Positions 1 to 11,223 are shown, counted from the first letter of the stretch. The stretch: 64,000 bases of DNA from Takakia lepidozioides (GCA_030704615.1 CM060734.1:39060001-39124000), one strand, 5' to 3'. Notes: a model not told the origin generated them from the letters alone. Program-made: numbers and translations.

Positions 1-569
1 CATCATTGTAGAATGTGGTGTAGCTTAAATGCTGGATTCTTTCATTTATTGAGTCTGCAAACTTTTGTAAAGGACTCCCATCTTGACAGACTTCCAACCA
101 ACCACTGGACCAAGGATCGGACATTGTAATTATGAGCAAAACAGCAACGTTTTCTCAGAATTTCTTTCTCAATCATGAGAAAATTGTGAGAAAACTTTCT
201 AAGAAATTGGCACTGCCGGCTCTACCTCTCTTGCCCACACCGCCCAGGAGACCCAGCAGCCTGGTCTACGGTTTGGGCAGACCGAAGATATGGGGCCTGG
301 AAAGACCACCCACAAGTCTGCTGGTCCAGCCTGCCCGGGAACGTTGCACCTACTTTGGTTTGGCATTCACCCACCAGTCTGCCCACCCCAAGACGATCCG
401 CGGTTCTTCCCCTTTTTCTTCAGATATGTGCAGACATGACGGATAACATCAAGTATTTGGGAAGCCGAAGAAAAGTGGTTGAATGCCATGCGTGATGGTG
501 ATGCGGGCAACATACTTGTCGAGGTAATGCTATCAAACCATTCTGCATTTTTTTGGGACTACTGTCGAT

Positions 570-2341
570 TAGTCTGCTGAACTTCAGCAGACTATGCACG
601 TCCATAGTCTGTTAGTTATTCTGCCCTAGTCTCCGGAGTCTGCTAAAGGCAGTGGTCTGCTCAATGCCATGGTCTGCTGAGTCTTGTGGTATGCTGAGAG
701 ATCTTAGAGCTCCGAATGCCCAATGGATCATGTGTGTTCTGCTGCATAGCAGCCAGCTCCCGTATGAACCGACTTGTGGTGAAGCCGACAGACCTATTTC
801 TTGTGTTGTCGCGTAGTCTGCTCATCTGTGGAAGACTTCAGTAGACTGTCCCCTGGTTTTCATGACCCTGCACAGCCAGGACAACCTCTCTAGCAGCCCT
901 GGCAAGGGAGTCGAAGCACTCAGCATGCAATTTCCAGGTCCCGCAGTCCGCCCTGCATGGAACACAAAAAACGATATAAACAAATGCGGGGGAGGATTGG
1001 CGGGGGGGAAGCAGTGAATGAGACAGAGCAGCGCGCGAGTACCTTCTAGCAGATTTCCAACAAGTCCGATGTCCTTAATTTGGCGGTCCAGCATTACGGA
1101 ATCAAGGTGGGCAAGTGCGGAACTGCGGTCGTGATGCGGAGAGTCAGACCACAATACTCTGAACACGTCTGGTTTGAGCAAGACAATATCAAACACAGCA
1201 CGCTCCATTACATACGAGAACCACAACATAGCCTCATCTACAACAGACTCTCGTGCTTGTGATCCGTCTGTTACAGACTCTCCTGCCTGTGATCCATGTA
1301 GGAAGTCTTGCCGAAGAGTAGGCAAGTCCTTCAGCAACTTCTTGTATGATGTGAAATTTCCAAATTGCATCCACCGATGCTGCAGGAATGATGATGCCAT
1401 TCGGTCGAAGTGGACCGCAGTCACTGCGCACAAGTGCTTCTTGCGGACACCGAACGTTGGGTGTGCCATAGCCATATGCCGCACCTCCTCCGGGCGAGGG
1501 TCAACCATAAGGAGGAGCTGAACAAGGAGTGACGGTTCATTTCCTTCACTCAAAGAAGAAACAACAACTTTCCCTACTTGCTCCAGAACATGGTTGGCTT
1601 CTTCCGTAGTATACTCCATGGAATAGAGATAAGGGACAAAGGGCCACCTCCGGCCTGTTACAATGTGGTGCAGGTCATTGTATCAGTCCACATGGGCACT
1701 TGTGTCACCAATCCTGAAGCGGGGAAGTGTAGGATCCTCTGCGTTCTTCGGCGCCACCGGTAACAGCGATCTCCACACCCCAAAAATGCCCACAATGGAG
1801 GGGAAATGGGCATAGTCTTCACCCTATCCAATTGGCCCAGTCTCAGGTATGAGGTCTGCTGAGGCGTGCGTCGGTCTGCCCAGGTGCGAGGAGTCCTGCT
1901 CATGATTGCTGGCGTGTGCTTCACTGTGGTTTGGTGTGATGAGGTCTGCTAGGGTCTCTTGAGGTCTGTCGTGGTCTGTTGTGGTCTCCTGAGGAGTGAT
2001 GAAGTCAGTGGTCTGCTGGAGGGGACTTGCCGACTCCGTGTCAAGTTCGTCTATGGCGGCTGCTGATCCGGGGTTTTTATCAAAATGTACTTGCGAACCC
2101 ACTGCACTTCAAGCCGCACCGCACGCACTTGCAAAGGAGGTTCCTGACGTGGCGTCCGCCAAGTTGATATGGCTTTGCGAATAGACTGAGCAGTGTGTTG
2201 TGCAGCAAAAAACAAATGAGCTTCATCGGACAGACCGGATCCATTGGACTGACTGAATTTAATGACACTCAATAGACAATCAACAAACCATCGGCAGCCC
2301 ACAATCCACTTTCAGCAAACCACAATACTCAGCAGACCATG
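570..2341. repeat. Imperfect inverted repeats and GTCTGCT/AGCAGAC motif clusters bracketing ORF 822-1619 (possible DNA-transposon subterminal repeats)
   Basis: 668-699 (catggtctgctgagtcttgtggtatgctgaga) matches the reverse complement of 2310-2341 at 29/32 positions. A perfect 12-bp-arm palindrome lies at 570-594. GTCTGCT is repeated over ~300-820 and 1855-2020, and inverted over 2330-2390. Confidence 0.55.
822..1619 (-). CDS. Uncharacterised protein, probably transposon-associated; shares a motif with ORF 4978-5943
   Basis: 265-aa ATG-initiated ORF. RAVFDIVLLKPDVFRVLW is homologous to RAVCDLAILNPSAFKMLW in ORF 4978-5943. Contains an internal 10-aa tandem duplication (GSQAGESVTD/GSQARESVVD). 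The 3' end may be spliced. Confidence 0.45.
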   Translation of the reverse strand: MEYTTEEANHVLEQVGKVVVSSLSEGNEPSLLVQLLLMVDPRPEEVRHMAMAHPTFGVRKKHLCAVTAVHFDRMASSFLQHRWMQFGNFTSYKKLLKDLPTLRQDFLHGSQAGESVTDGSQARESVVDEAMLWFSYVMERAVFDIVLLKPDVFRVLWSDSPHHDRSSALAHLDSVMLDRQIKDIGLVGNLLEGTRALLCLIHCFPPANPPPHLFISFFVFHAGRTAGPGNCMLSASTPLPGLLERLSWLCRVMKTRGQSTEVFHR

Positions 2342-2533
2342 ATATTTAGTAGACACTCATGGCAGACAATCTAGACTTCAGCAGACAAAAACATTTGAGA
2401 AAGTAGGGAACACTTGTGCAGAGAATATTCATTTGCCAAGAATTTGTACACCTACCCAGATCGCAAGAAAGAAGACCTGAAAGACAAACAATGAAGTAAA
2501 ATTAAATTGTATATGCAATCGTAACGAGTGTCA

Positions 2534-3745
2534 CTACAGTTTTGCGGCCTTCCTGGGACGTTTACAACGTGTGCGTGTGATCGGAGCTGGAATGTCGGTG
2601 AGAGGGTGGACGGGGCTGCTGCAACTAGCTGCTGACTTGTTTGGACTGGGGGGAAGTGCATATGGAAGCTGGTGCGTTGGTTGACCTTGAAGCTCATCCA
2701 AAATGATTCGTTGCAGGTCATATCTTTTTTGGAGCCCGGCCTCAACAGGGAACCAGTTTGCTGTGAGCTGCAAGCAGAGGTGAACAAAGAATGCACAAGC
2801 AAAGAATGAACAAGGAATGTCATGTGCATGTGTGGATATCATTGGCCACAAGTAAACCACACTTGTTCTGCAAGGGAGAACTGATTGCCGTAAAGACGCA
2901 CATTGAAGGTGACACATGTTTCTATACATAGTGCCTTCCATCATTGTTCATGCTACAGAAGTAAACCAGTCGGCAAACAACCTGTAAACCAGGATAACGT
3001 CCCTCTTACCGGGCCTGCACCATGAGGTTGTGGGTTGTTCCAAGTACAAGTCAATGTAATAACACGCAAACAAACCACACTCGAATAAATTGGCCTACTG
3101 TGGAACAGTCGGGCATGTCCACCGCTTCGCATTAGTACCATCCTTCCACTCCGGAGTGTCAGGGGAGATTCCTCCGAGCATGGTCCGTAACATAGCAAAC
3201 AATGGCTTCAAATACCAGTGCTTGTGTGTGGTTTTCATGCTATTTAAGTGAATGTAGCGAGTCCGTTCCAAAATCACCACACTCCAATGAAAGCTGCAGA
3301 ACAAGGAAACACAAGTAGGTTACTCCAGTTCTGTATGCACGAGTGCGATTGCAAGGCACATTCAGCAGAAGGGGTAATGGCTACACATGAAACTCACTTG
3401 AACACAATTGGCACAATAACGGCTTCAACACCCTCAGAACTCAGGTTGGGGAACCTTCTTTGCATCCAAGTCCGTACAGACTCCACTCCATTGCCATACT
3501 TGGCACAATGATCGCGAAGGCAAATCCATGTAAAGCTATCTAACACACGAATTTTATTGCACACATCTTCAGGAATAGAAAGCAATTTAGCTAACACCCA
3601 GAAGTCCATGAGATGATCACTTATCCAGCCTCTTCTAGATTGCAAGTCATCTGCATCTTCTAGTCTAAGAGGCACCGCCGGGACACCCGAGCCCTTCGAA
3701 AACCATATGTCAGTGGTTTTTTCGACGAGTGCACCACAGCAGAGC
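2534..3745 (-). pseudogene. Ulp1/SENP-like (peptidase C48) SUMO-protease domain, spliced and disrupted
   Basis: Motifs in order: WISDHLMDFW, KIRVLDSFTW, VRTW, AVIVPI, intron, FHWSVVIL (catalytic His, 3284-3289), HLNSM, VPQ*ANLFECGLFACYY (TAG at 3095-3097 replaces the QQ Gln; catalytic Cys at 3077-3079). A last exon gives NWFPVEAGLQKRYDLQRII. An apparent 1-nt frameshift precedes the donor near 3011. Confidence 0.75.
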
Positions 3746-4012
3746 CTGCAAAAAAGGCACAGAGAATGTGATGTGAAAATGAGGCCACATAATTATGCAC
3801 ATAATGGGGACTTGTAAACTAAGGATTGAAGGTATACCATATCATTCAGGAAATAAGGGTGCACGGGCTTCGAACTCACAATACGTTTTCGAGGCCATCA
3901 TGTATCCTGCACATCCAGGAGCACAATGTGTGAATGCATACTAAAGAACGTACATGCAACACATGAAATCGGGAGAGGGAAGACCTTTCAAAGTAATAAA
4001 ACCAGAATGGTA

Positions 4013-4936
4013 CTAGTTACCTGGACATGGTTTTCTTGCGCTGGCATGCAAGGGCTGGTGGGGAAGCGCATCCTTTGCCTTGGCAGCAGTAGTGGTATGG
4101 ATGGCAGTGGGTTTGGCAACAATGACGATGATTGCGTTTTTATCCAATGCCCGCACGCTGCCATCTACATCACCTTGAAATCGTGTAGTAGCCTCTGTAT
4201 TGTGAGGAATATGAGCAAATAGGAGCTGGTAAGGATGCAAGGGCGAAGGCACTGCCAAAACCATCGCATTGGGGGTGGGAGGCTCTGTCCCATGGTTAAC
4301 TAGTGAATTAGCTGGGGTTACGGAAGATCCGACATTGCTTACTGCATGTACAATGACATCTTCATCAGTCGGATATCGCGTACTAAGGGGTGGAGGACTG
4401 TTGAAGTCACTCATGTGTAAGAGGGTTTGTTCAGAAGTAAAAGAAGTCATAGGGTGAGGTGGTCCAAACAAGTCAGGAAATACCTGACTGGCGTTTAGTT
4501 GCATTTCAAGTTGAGTCATGGGACCTGGTTCTGGGCAGTGTATGTCGTCACATGGTTGTTCAGGATTAGCGTTGTGATCGGGCTGAGGGAGGAGAGGATC
4601 CTGCAACACATTTTCCACCAGCATAATTGACCTGTCTTCAGAAAGGATGCCTGAGCATGCCATATCAGCAGCGATGATGAATGCCCCCATGTTCGTATTG
4701 TTGGGAGGTGGACCTCGTGCGTCTTGTGACTGACGTTCGAGGATACCCAAATTTCGCTCTTCATGTGGAGGTTTGGAGAAACGCACCTCATCCCTTGCAT
4801 GCCTCTCAATGTGGACATCATGCAGGCTTTGCCGGGCTGCAGCAATTTTCTCATGTATGCTGGATTCCCCGTAATCAAAAGAACCTGCAGAAGTATGAAT
4901 GCATTCAGTATATGTTACATTGACATTTGCAAACAT
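4013..4936 (-). CDS. Pro/Ser/Thr-rich ORF of unknown function, possibly a disordered N-terminal exon of the Ulp1-like gene
   Basis: 307-aa open frame on the same strand, directly upstream of the Ulp1 exons. No recognisable domain. Confidence 0.3.
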   Translation of the reverse strand: MFANVNVTYTECIHTSAGSFDYGESSIHEKIAAARQSLHDVHIERHARDEVRFSKPPHEERNLGILERQSQDARGPPPNNTNMGAFIIAADMACSGILSEDRSIMLVENVLQDPLLPQPDHNANPEQPCDDIHCPEPGPMTQLEMQLNASQVFPDLFGPPHPMTSFTSEQTLLHMSDFNSPPPLSTRYPTDEDVIVHAVSNVGSSVTPANSLVNHGTEPPTPNAMVLAVPSPLHPYQLLFAHIPHNTEATTRFQGDVDGSVRALDKNAIIVIVAKPTAIHTTTAAKAKDALPHQPLHASARKPCPGN

Positions 4937-4977
4937 GTGAAAACGAGCACAATAACATTGTTACTAAGTAGGACAAT

Positions 4978-5943
4978 CTAATATGCATATCGCAGCAAAA
5001 TGTAAGGCCAATACAGACCTAGTGGGCAAGGAAGCCATCCCATGTCAACTTCCTCCCGATGTCCCAGAATATGAATGAAGTCCTGCACGGATTTTTTCTT
5101 GGCCCCTGCACCCTCACTTTCTGCACTCCCACACCACAACATCTTGAAGGCACTCGGATTAAGTATAGCGAGGTCACACACAGCTCTGCAGCAGACCTCA
5201 CGCATGAACTCTTCCAATTCATGAACAAACCGACCGCAGTCCTCATGGCTGACACCCACAAGGGCTGCAACCGCCCCCTGCACCACAATCCGGGCTTCCT
5301 CATATGGGGGCATGGCATCGTACAAAAAATATCCAACCTTGAGGAAGTTGTCACTGGCATTTCTGAGAGCACCATGACCATCCTGCGTATTCAGAAGGTG
5401 GTGTTGCAGGCTTTCCAAAACCTGGTTTCGGGGAATAGAAAGAGGTGATCTCTTGTGAACTTGACACATCCAAATCTGATGTAATACCCGTATGAACAGC
5501 GGCACCTTTGGAGGTAGAGCATTTTTCCGAGCCAAGATCAGATTGACCATCAACCTCTCAACTTCGTCCTCTTCATGTGTGAACATAGTGGGCAACACCT
5601 CAGGGATCTCACCTTTTGTAATAATTTGGTACAGAGGGGACCAGCCCCAGGTTCCCTCCTGTTTGACGTCATATTGCTCTCTATCCCATTTTGCAATGTT
5701 CTCATCCACAAACAGCCTTCTACGAGCTTCTAACTGAGACTGAGCTGCAACCAATTTGAGTTCACAATCCAGCAATGCCTTGGTATAGTTGTGATGTGCA
5801 AACACACGTTGGCATTCATTCAACTGCGCAATATGCTCACGACATACTCCAGGACGGCCCCCGAATAGCTCCACCACTTTTTCAACAACTGCCTTCTCCT
5901 CTGGAGATGCATGGATCTGCCCCCCCCCCCATTGGAGATGCAA
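4978..5943 (-). CDS. Uncharacterised helical protein, paralogous in part to ORF 822-1619
   Basis: 321-aa open frame with the shared RAVxD..L.P..F..LW motif at 5134-5187. The 5' end runs through a C10 homopolymer and probably continues upstream by frameshift. Confidence 0.45.
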   Translation of the reverse strand: MHLQWGGGQIHASPEEKAVVEKVVELFGGRPGVCREHIAQLNECQRVFAHHNYTKALLDCELKLVAAQSQLEARRRLFVDENIAKWDREQYDVKQEGTWGWSPLYQIITKGEIPEVLPTMFTHEEDEVERLMVNLILARKNALPPKVPLFIRVLHQIWMCQVHKRSPLSIPRNQVLESLQHHLLNTQDGHGALRNASDNFLKVGYFLYDAMPPYEEARIVVQGAVAALVGVSHEDCGRFVHELEEFMREVCCRAVCDLAILNPSAFKMLWCGSAESEGAGAKKKSVQDFIHILGHREEVDMGWLPCPLGLYWPYILLRYAY

Positions 5944-6011
5944 GGTTCATTTCAGCAGTCATAGTAAACTTACTACAGCTCGGAACTTCAAACAAATTGT
6001 AGAGACATGCA

Positions 6012-7038
6012 TCATGAAGGAAGGGAACATGTAAAAGAAGGTGCAGGCCAGAAAGAAGGTGTACGTACCCGTGCAATAAACCACCATTGACCAAAGGCAG
6101 TGCCTATCATTTGGTCTGAAAACTCGAATTTCCCAATAAGTGCAACAAGGCGGTCCGGGAAAGAAGCATCATCCGGAGAAGGGAATCCCTCGGGCAGCAA
6201 GCCGTACTTCATCAAATAGGTGAGTCCTGGGCATGGAACAGGTGCGGGTTTCGGAGGCATGACAATATCCGAGGTCAGCAGCAAGGACGCCTTCACAAAG
6301 CCATCTATGGCCTCTTCTCTACTTAAAGATGCAACATGTACCTCATTCACAATGTGGTCTTTAGGTCGGTGACTTTCCTGTGGCACAGCAGCAGGTCCGT
6401 CCAATGTAGTCTTCACAATGCGTTGAGCTTTCATGGTGTCCTGTGGCACGGCAACAGGTCCGTTCAAAGTAGAGCTGCCAATGCGTTGAGTGGTAACAGG
6501 TGCTTGTGGCACAACAAGAGGTCCAACGCGTTGAGTGGTAACAGTTACCTGTGGCATGAGAGGAGGTGTGTCCAAGATGGAGATATCGTCATCCTCAGAA
6601 TCATTCCCTGGCTCCTAGACTCAACTGCTTCCTGCGCTTAACATCTTGTGTAGCCTCCTCCATAATATTGTCGTCACCCTCTACCCTCGTCTTCATCCCT
6701 TTTCCAGGACGCTTCAGCCCATGCTTACAAAGAACACCCTCCATGATGTGCCTCTGCCCCGGCTCAAACACAGGGTACATTTTCAGTTTAGGACCACCCT
6801 TTCCCACAGCTGTATCACAGCCATTTATCCTGTGAATGTTAACTTTCTTCTTATCTTTAAAAACTTTATGACAATGAATACATCTAAATGGCTTCCTATT
6901 ATCATCACCAAGCTCTTCAAGCCTTGCCTCAGAGTGAGCCTCGCATATCAGCGATTCCCACTCGTCCGAGTCGTACACCTCATGGTACGTTTTGCACGCT
7001 TCGCGCATGCTGGATTGTTTCACCATCTTAGCCTTCAT
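6012..7038 (-). pseudogene. Frameshifted ORF with a C2H2/C2HC-like zinc finger and VPQ-containing peptide repeats
   Basis: FRCIHCHKVFKDKKKVNIHRINGC in ORF 6601-7038. The frame changes near 6610 into EPGNDSEDDDISILDTPP (ORF 6012-6575), which has 3-4 imperfect GPxxVPQ..TQRI repeats. Confidence 0.4.
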
Positions 7039-8398
7039 TGCAAATCCTCCTACAACTCGTTTCTGCGAATCGACCAGCTACACTCGGAGGTTGCTGGAAT
7101 GTGAAAGCAACAGCTGACACTAAAACAGGACTGCATGCACACTACCACTCTGCATGGGGATCATGGAACAGACATCAACCCCACCCCAGCTTTCTAGGGT
7201 ACTTCGTGAAAGAGCCTGTATGATCAAATAAACATGAGGGTCTTCTGCAAGACAAGTCAGCCATGTTGTGGCAGGGACCTAATCCAGTGTTGAGCAAAAT
7301 GATTAGGAGTGTGAAGAATACAATGTTAGTCCTGAGGTTTAGTTATCCTGTCATTTCGTAGATTTCAATAAAATATTGAACGTATATCGGGCACACAAGG
7401 CTCAATTTTATATCAAGGGGAAGGCGTGCAGTACTTCCAGTACTTTCATCGACTTTTAGTCCTGTATGGCTTCAAGACACATAATTGAACCCTGTATGCC
7501 TGACATACTTTGAGTTCTTTACTAAAAATCGAAGGTATGAGTTCTGTATACCTGCAAGGAGTGTGAAGAGATACCTGCAAGGTCAATGAGGTTTAATTAT
7601 CCTGTCATTTCATCGACTTCCAGTAAGGACAATGTGGAGAAGTATTGTGCAACACACAAAGAGGATGTGCACATGGCGGAAAATCGGGCGTACAAGACTC
7701 AATGATGTATTGAGTCGAAGCCACACACACATCCTTCTTCATATGCTGCACAAACTCCTCCATATTGTTTACCACCAGCTGCACACCACCTGCAGAACCA
7801 ATCACTCAATCATACAGGGCTTTGCTTCACTCATAAATATAGGCAGTCCAAGAACAGCAAATGATCCAAGATGCCTGGTTGTATGCTTACACAATGGGAC
7901 ACAACACACAAGCTTTCCAGTGCCGACTTCTAGCATCTGAAAATTCAATCACCAGGTGGGGATCATGAACTGATGCAGATGTTTGATTGAACTTCCAGGC
8001 CCCCGAAATAGATGTTTGCTGAAAACACTTGGTGATAGTCTCACAAGATGATGTTCACGAGATAACACTCTAGTTTCAGGTCAAATGCTTTTCTGAGTCA
8101 AGGGCGAATGCTTGCTTCAGCAAGCCCTCGTAACATTGCCACTCCTATCTTCAAGAACCAGAACTTTTGTCACCTTGCTCCAACAGATCATAGCAACAAT
8201 TCATGTTTACTTCATAGTAAGTTATGAGCACTTTGTTGGCCACATCAAATATGCTTCTAGGTCCATAGTAGCAGTTTTTGCAAGGCAAAGCGAGATTCTA
8301 ATTTCATTCAACAACTAGGGGTACTACCCAGTCCACCCAATACGCTCATACCAGACTTCAGTCAAACTCGCTCATCATCCTACATGAAGAAAGCTCAC

Positions 8399-8460
8399 CT
8401 TGTCAAGGCTAGGATCTTTCAAGAACTCCTGCCGGCGTCGTTCCACGCTCCAGACTTGAC
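8399..8460 (-). pseudogene. Orphan relic exon encoding the first half of an OSB-type PDF motif
   Basis: tag|GT CAA GTC TGG...CTT GAC AAG|gtgagc encodes GQVWSVERRRQEFLKDPSLDK. It is homologous to exon 45332-45411 (GQCWTMEQRWQEFLKDPAQWWAYSVDK) with an 18-nt deletion. Splice sites and downstream intron start are retained. Confidence 0.7.
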
Positions 8461-8957
8461 CTACACGCCCTATCAACAACCCTCTCGTTCACCCACATTG
8501 TCGATCACTCCCTTTGCATCCATCCTTGCTGGGATATTCGTCAAAAGTTCACCTACAGATTCCACGACGGCCTCTGTTGGCTGTGTCTGAGGTCAACAGC
8601 CACGTATGATTCTTTGGTAAGAAAACTTACGCGTGACAAAGACAACAGCTCGTGTTGATATGGGGGCGAGAGAGAGTAGAAGAGTGTGAAGGTTGCCTCC
8701 GTGGAATTTCACGAGGCTTCCGGACTGGAATCCAGCATTCCGAGTGCTGGTGTTGACACTCCTTCAGTTGGGTGGCCCACGCGCTAACGCGGCACGCTGA
8801 GTGTGGAACAGAAGGACTTCGTTAAGGAGCTGGAGGTGATGAGAAGCTCATGAAGCTCATGGCATTCTAAAAGGAGGGGATTGAGGGCTTCTTCCAGTCA
8901 GGTGATCATCTCTAGGAGGAAAGTCTGCGGGGCGAGTGCAAGGAAGTTGATCCTCGC

Positions 8958-9870
8958 ATGGCCGAAGAGGCACCGAGCAGAAATCATCGGACGGGCGAGG
9001 CCAGCGATAGAGAAACTCTAGTGAACCACATAGGCGCTACTAGCAAAGGTACAAATGAGGGCCATGTCGCTGTAGATATTCCAGAGTATAGGACGACTAC
9101 TAGCTTTTTGCAAGCTAGAGCTCTTGAGGAGATAGAGGCGGAACCGAGGCTGAAGTATATTCTGAAAGAATGGGAAAAGAAGTATGAAGCTGTGGGTTAC
9201 AGGATTGAGCGCAAGGCGAGTAGAAGCAGCGGCATAAAGAATGAGATATATCAGTTGATTGGGTTTTACAGTGTCTTCCAGGGCGTGCTTCTCACCGCCG
9301 TTGCGCAGGCCAGTACTCTGCGCTGCCACAACGCGTGGAGCCCTTCTCTTCTTTCTGGGCTTGCATCCGTCGTCACTATCTTTGCGGTGATCCACAAGCT
9401 CCAAGCTTTTAGTGAGTTGGCCAATTTTATGAAGGCCGAGACCCACAACGCACAGGTGCCTCAGCTCTCTGACACTCTATGATCATATGTCGTTGTATTG
9501 TCTGTATGTGGCAGTATAGAGTACCTCTAGATACACTTGTGGATGATCCCTACAAAACTGTGGAACTCTCTACTCGATTTCTTAACCAGTGCAGACTCTT
9601 GCCTCGGATGTTTGCATGACCCAATTCAGTTTTGCTTCGTAGGGTTTACATAAGAGGCTCGGACGGCTCAAATTTAAGGGGAAAAAGTTTGACTTCTCTC
9701 GGGACGCCCAGGACGAGGAAGAAAAGAAAGCCAAGGACGTGCCTGGAATTTTTTCAGGACGAGCGAAGAAATACACCGTGGCAGTCATTACAACGTTGAT
9801 TGTATTCTCCATCACCATTTTTGTCTCTTGCATACGAATCCTGTGCTATCCAGGCAAAGCGCTTAATTGA
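8958..9870 (+). CDS. Uncharacterised land-plant membrane protein with ~3 TM helices; join(8958..9455,9643..9870)
   Basis: Phase-0 GT-AG intron (CAG|gt at 9456; tag|GGT at 9643). Hydrophobic segments: LIGFYSVFQGVLLTAVA, SLLSGLASVVTIFAVI, YTVAVITTLIVFSITIFVSC. The L+xKGxxFD motif and terminal ILC resemble a conserved plant family of unknown function (recollection). Confidence 0.75.
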
Positions 9871-10260
9871 ATCAACTTATGAACGAGGATCACACAATTT
9901 AATTCTGCACGAGTTTTGAGGTGTCCATGCCCTATGTTATGGTGAGCAGAGAGATTAATTGCAGTTTGAACATCAGAATGTATGCAGGATTTCGTATTTA
10001 ACACTCCAAGGCCAATTCTTGACTTCCGGGAATTCTCCTCTTGCTTCAAGAGCAGAGTTACTAGGTTAGAAAATACTCAATTTTATATTTACTGTCACTC
10101 TTTAGCAATCTATATTTTCTACGCTCGGAGCTGCTTCGGTCTCTGGGACCAACAAGCAATCTGATTTTATCAATTGAGAAGGGACTTGGGAGATGTCCAG
10201 GTGACTGTAGGTGCCAGTGGTCCTGAGCAATCCCCGAATTTCTCCAGGCATACAGTCAGA

Positions 10261-10569
10261 ATGGGTATGCTAACTATGAAGCTTTGCAACAAAACCAAGG
10301 ATGTTCTGGATCTCAGAGAGGAACCAACGGGTGGTTATTTCAAGAAGTTAGAGACACTATATCCAGACAGAACTGTCACCTTAGATATTGATCCCAACAA
10401 CACTTTCCGCTCAGTTTGGGTACTTAAGGGTCCAGATCAAGTGCTGGATCTGGATCTGGACACGGATCAATTTGCTGACAGTGAGATGATCACTATCGTC
10501 TACAAGGAGGGTTCAACAACAGAGTACTCAGTGGTGAAGAAAGCAAGACAAAAAGCCAAAAATAAGTGA
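10261..10569 (+). CDS. Small (102 aa) beta-rich protein resembling a bryophyte-expanded family of unknown function (DUF7748-like)
   Basis: MGMLTMKLCNKTKDVLDLREEPTGGYFKKLETL...IDPNNTFRSVWV...DTDQFADSEMITI follows the N.T...L.L.E...G.Y / DPN.T(Y/F)R..W / SD...D...ITI pattern recalled for that family. Intronless ATG-to-stop ORF. Confidence 0.6.
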   Translation: MGMLTMKLCNKTKDVLDLREEPTGGYFKKLETLYPDRTVTLDIDPNNTFRSVWVLKGPDQVLDLDLDTDQFADSEMITIVYKEGSTTEYSVVKKARQKAKNK

Positions 10570-10941
10570 GTTACTCTTGCCATTTTTAGTATTCGAGGCT
10601 CATGTAGCAGCTGCTGAGCATGCTATGGTGAGTAATTGTGGCGCTATGTTTGTTTAGAAAGTAAACCTCTTCCGCTCTTTGAACCAGCTTACTGCCTTCC
10701 TGACCCCTACTGACCTGGGCCTTTCATGGAGTACAGAATCAAGGAGGGTATTGGTAATTAGGAGAGATTAATATAGAAGAGAAGTTTGGAAGAGGGGACA
10801 AGAGTGGGTCTGCTTGTGCACAAAGTGGACTGAACTTCAGCAGCTCATTTAATATTGAAAGACATTATGATGAACACTCTGTCATTAAACTTCGCATCAT
10901 TTTTCCTTTTTAACAAGCTTGCCCGGGGTTATGGTTTTCAG

Positions 10942-11223
10942 GAGTACCCGGTCCGCATGGAAGTGCACAATATTGTAGCAAAGGCTCTATTCAACATCCG
11001 ACAGGCAGAGAAGGAATGACATCCCATGAACCATAGCTACGGTACCTGGTGCTTTTGCTGTTGTTGTAGCTAGTTTGCCAAGCTACTGCAGGTGGATAGT
11101 TGAACCAACTGGTGCAAACTAATTCTGGACACTAGTGATGGACAGGAGGAAGCATTTGGAAAGTGTTGTGTTCGCATATGGATGCTGGGGCTATCGGCAT
11201 TTGCATAATATCTATAATGGATG
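10942..11223 (+). pseudogene. Decayed exons of a conserved plant protein of uncertain function
   Basis: Two AG-preceded segments read EYPVRMEVHNIVAKALFNIRQAEKE*HPMNHSY and WIVEPTGAN*FWTLVMDRRKHLESVVFAYGCWGYRHLHN, both with in-frame stops. They resemble a conserved plant C-terminal domain from memory; the family name is uncertain. Confidence 0.4.

Noticed and set aside
3095-3097. Stop codon repaired by U-to-C RNA editing
   Set aside because: Such editing is organellar. This is a nuclear spliced gene with an additional frameshift, so decay is the simpler explanation.
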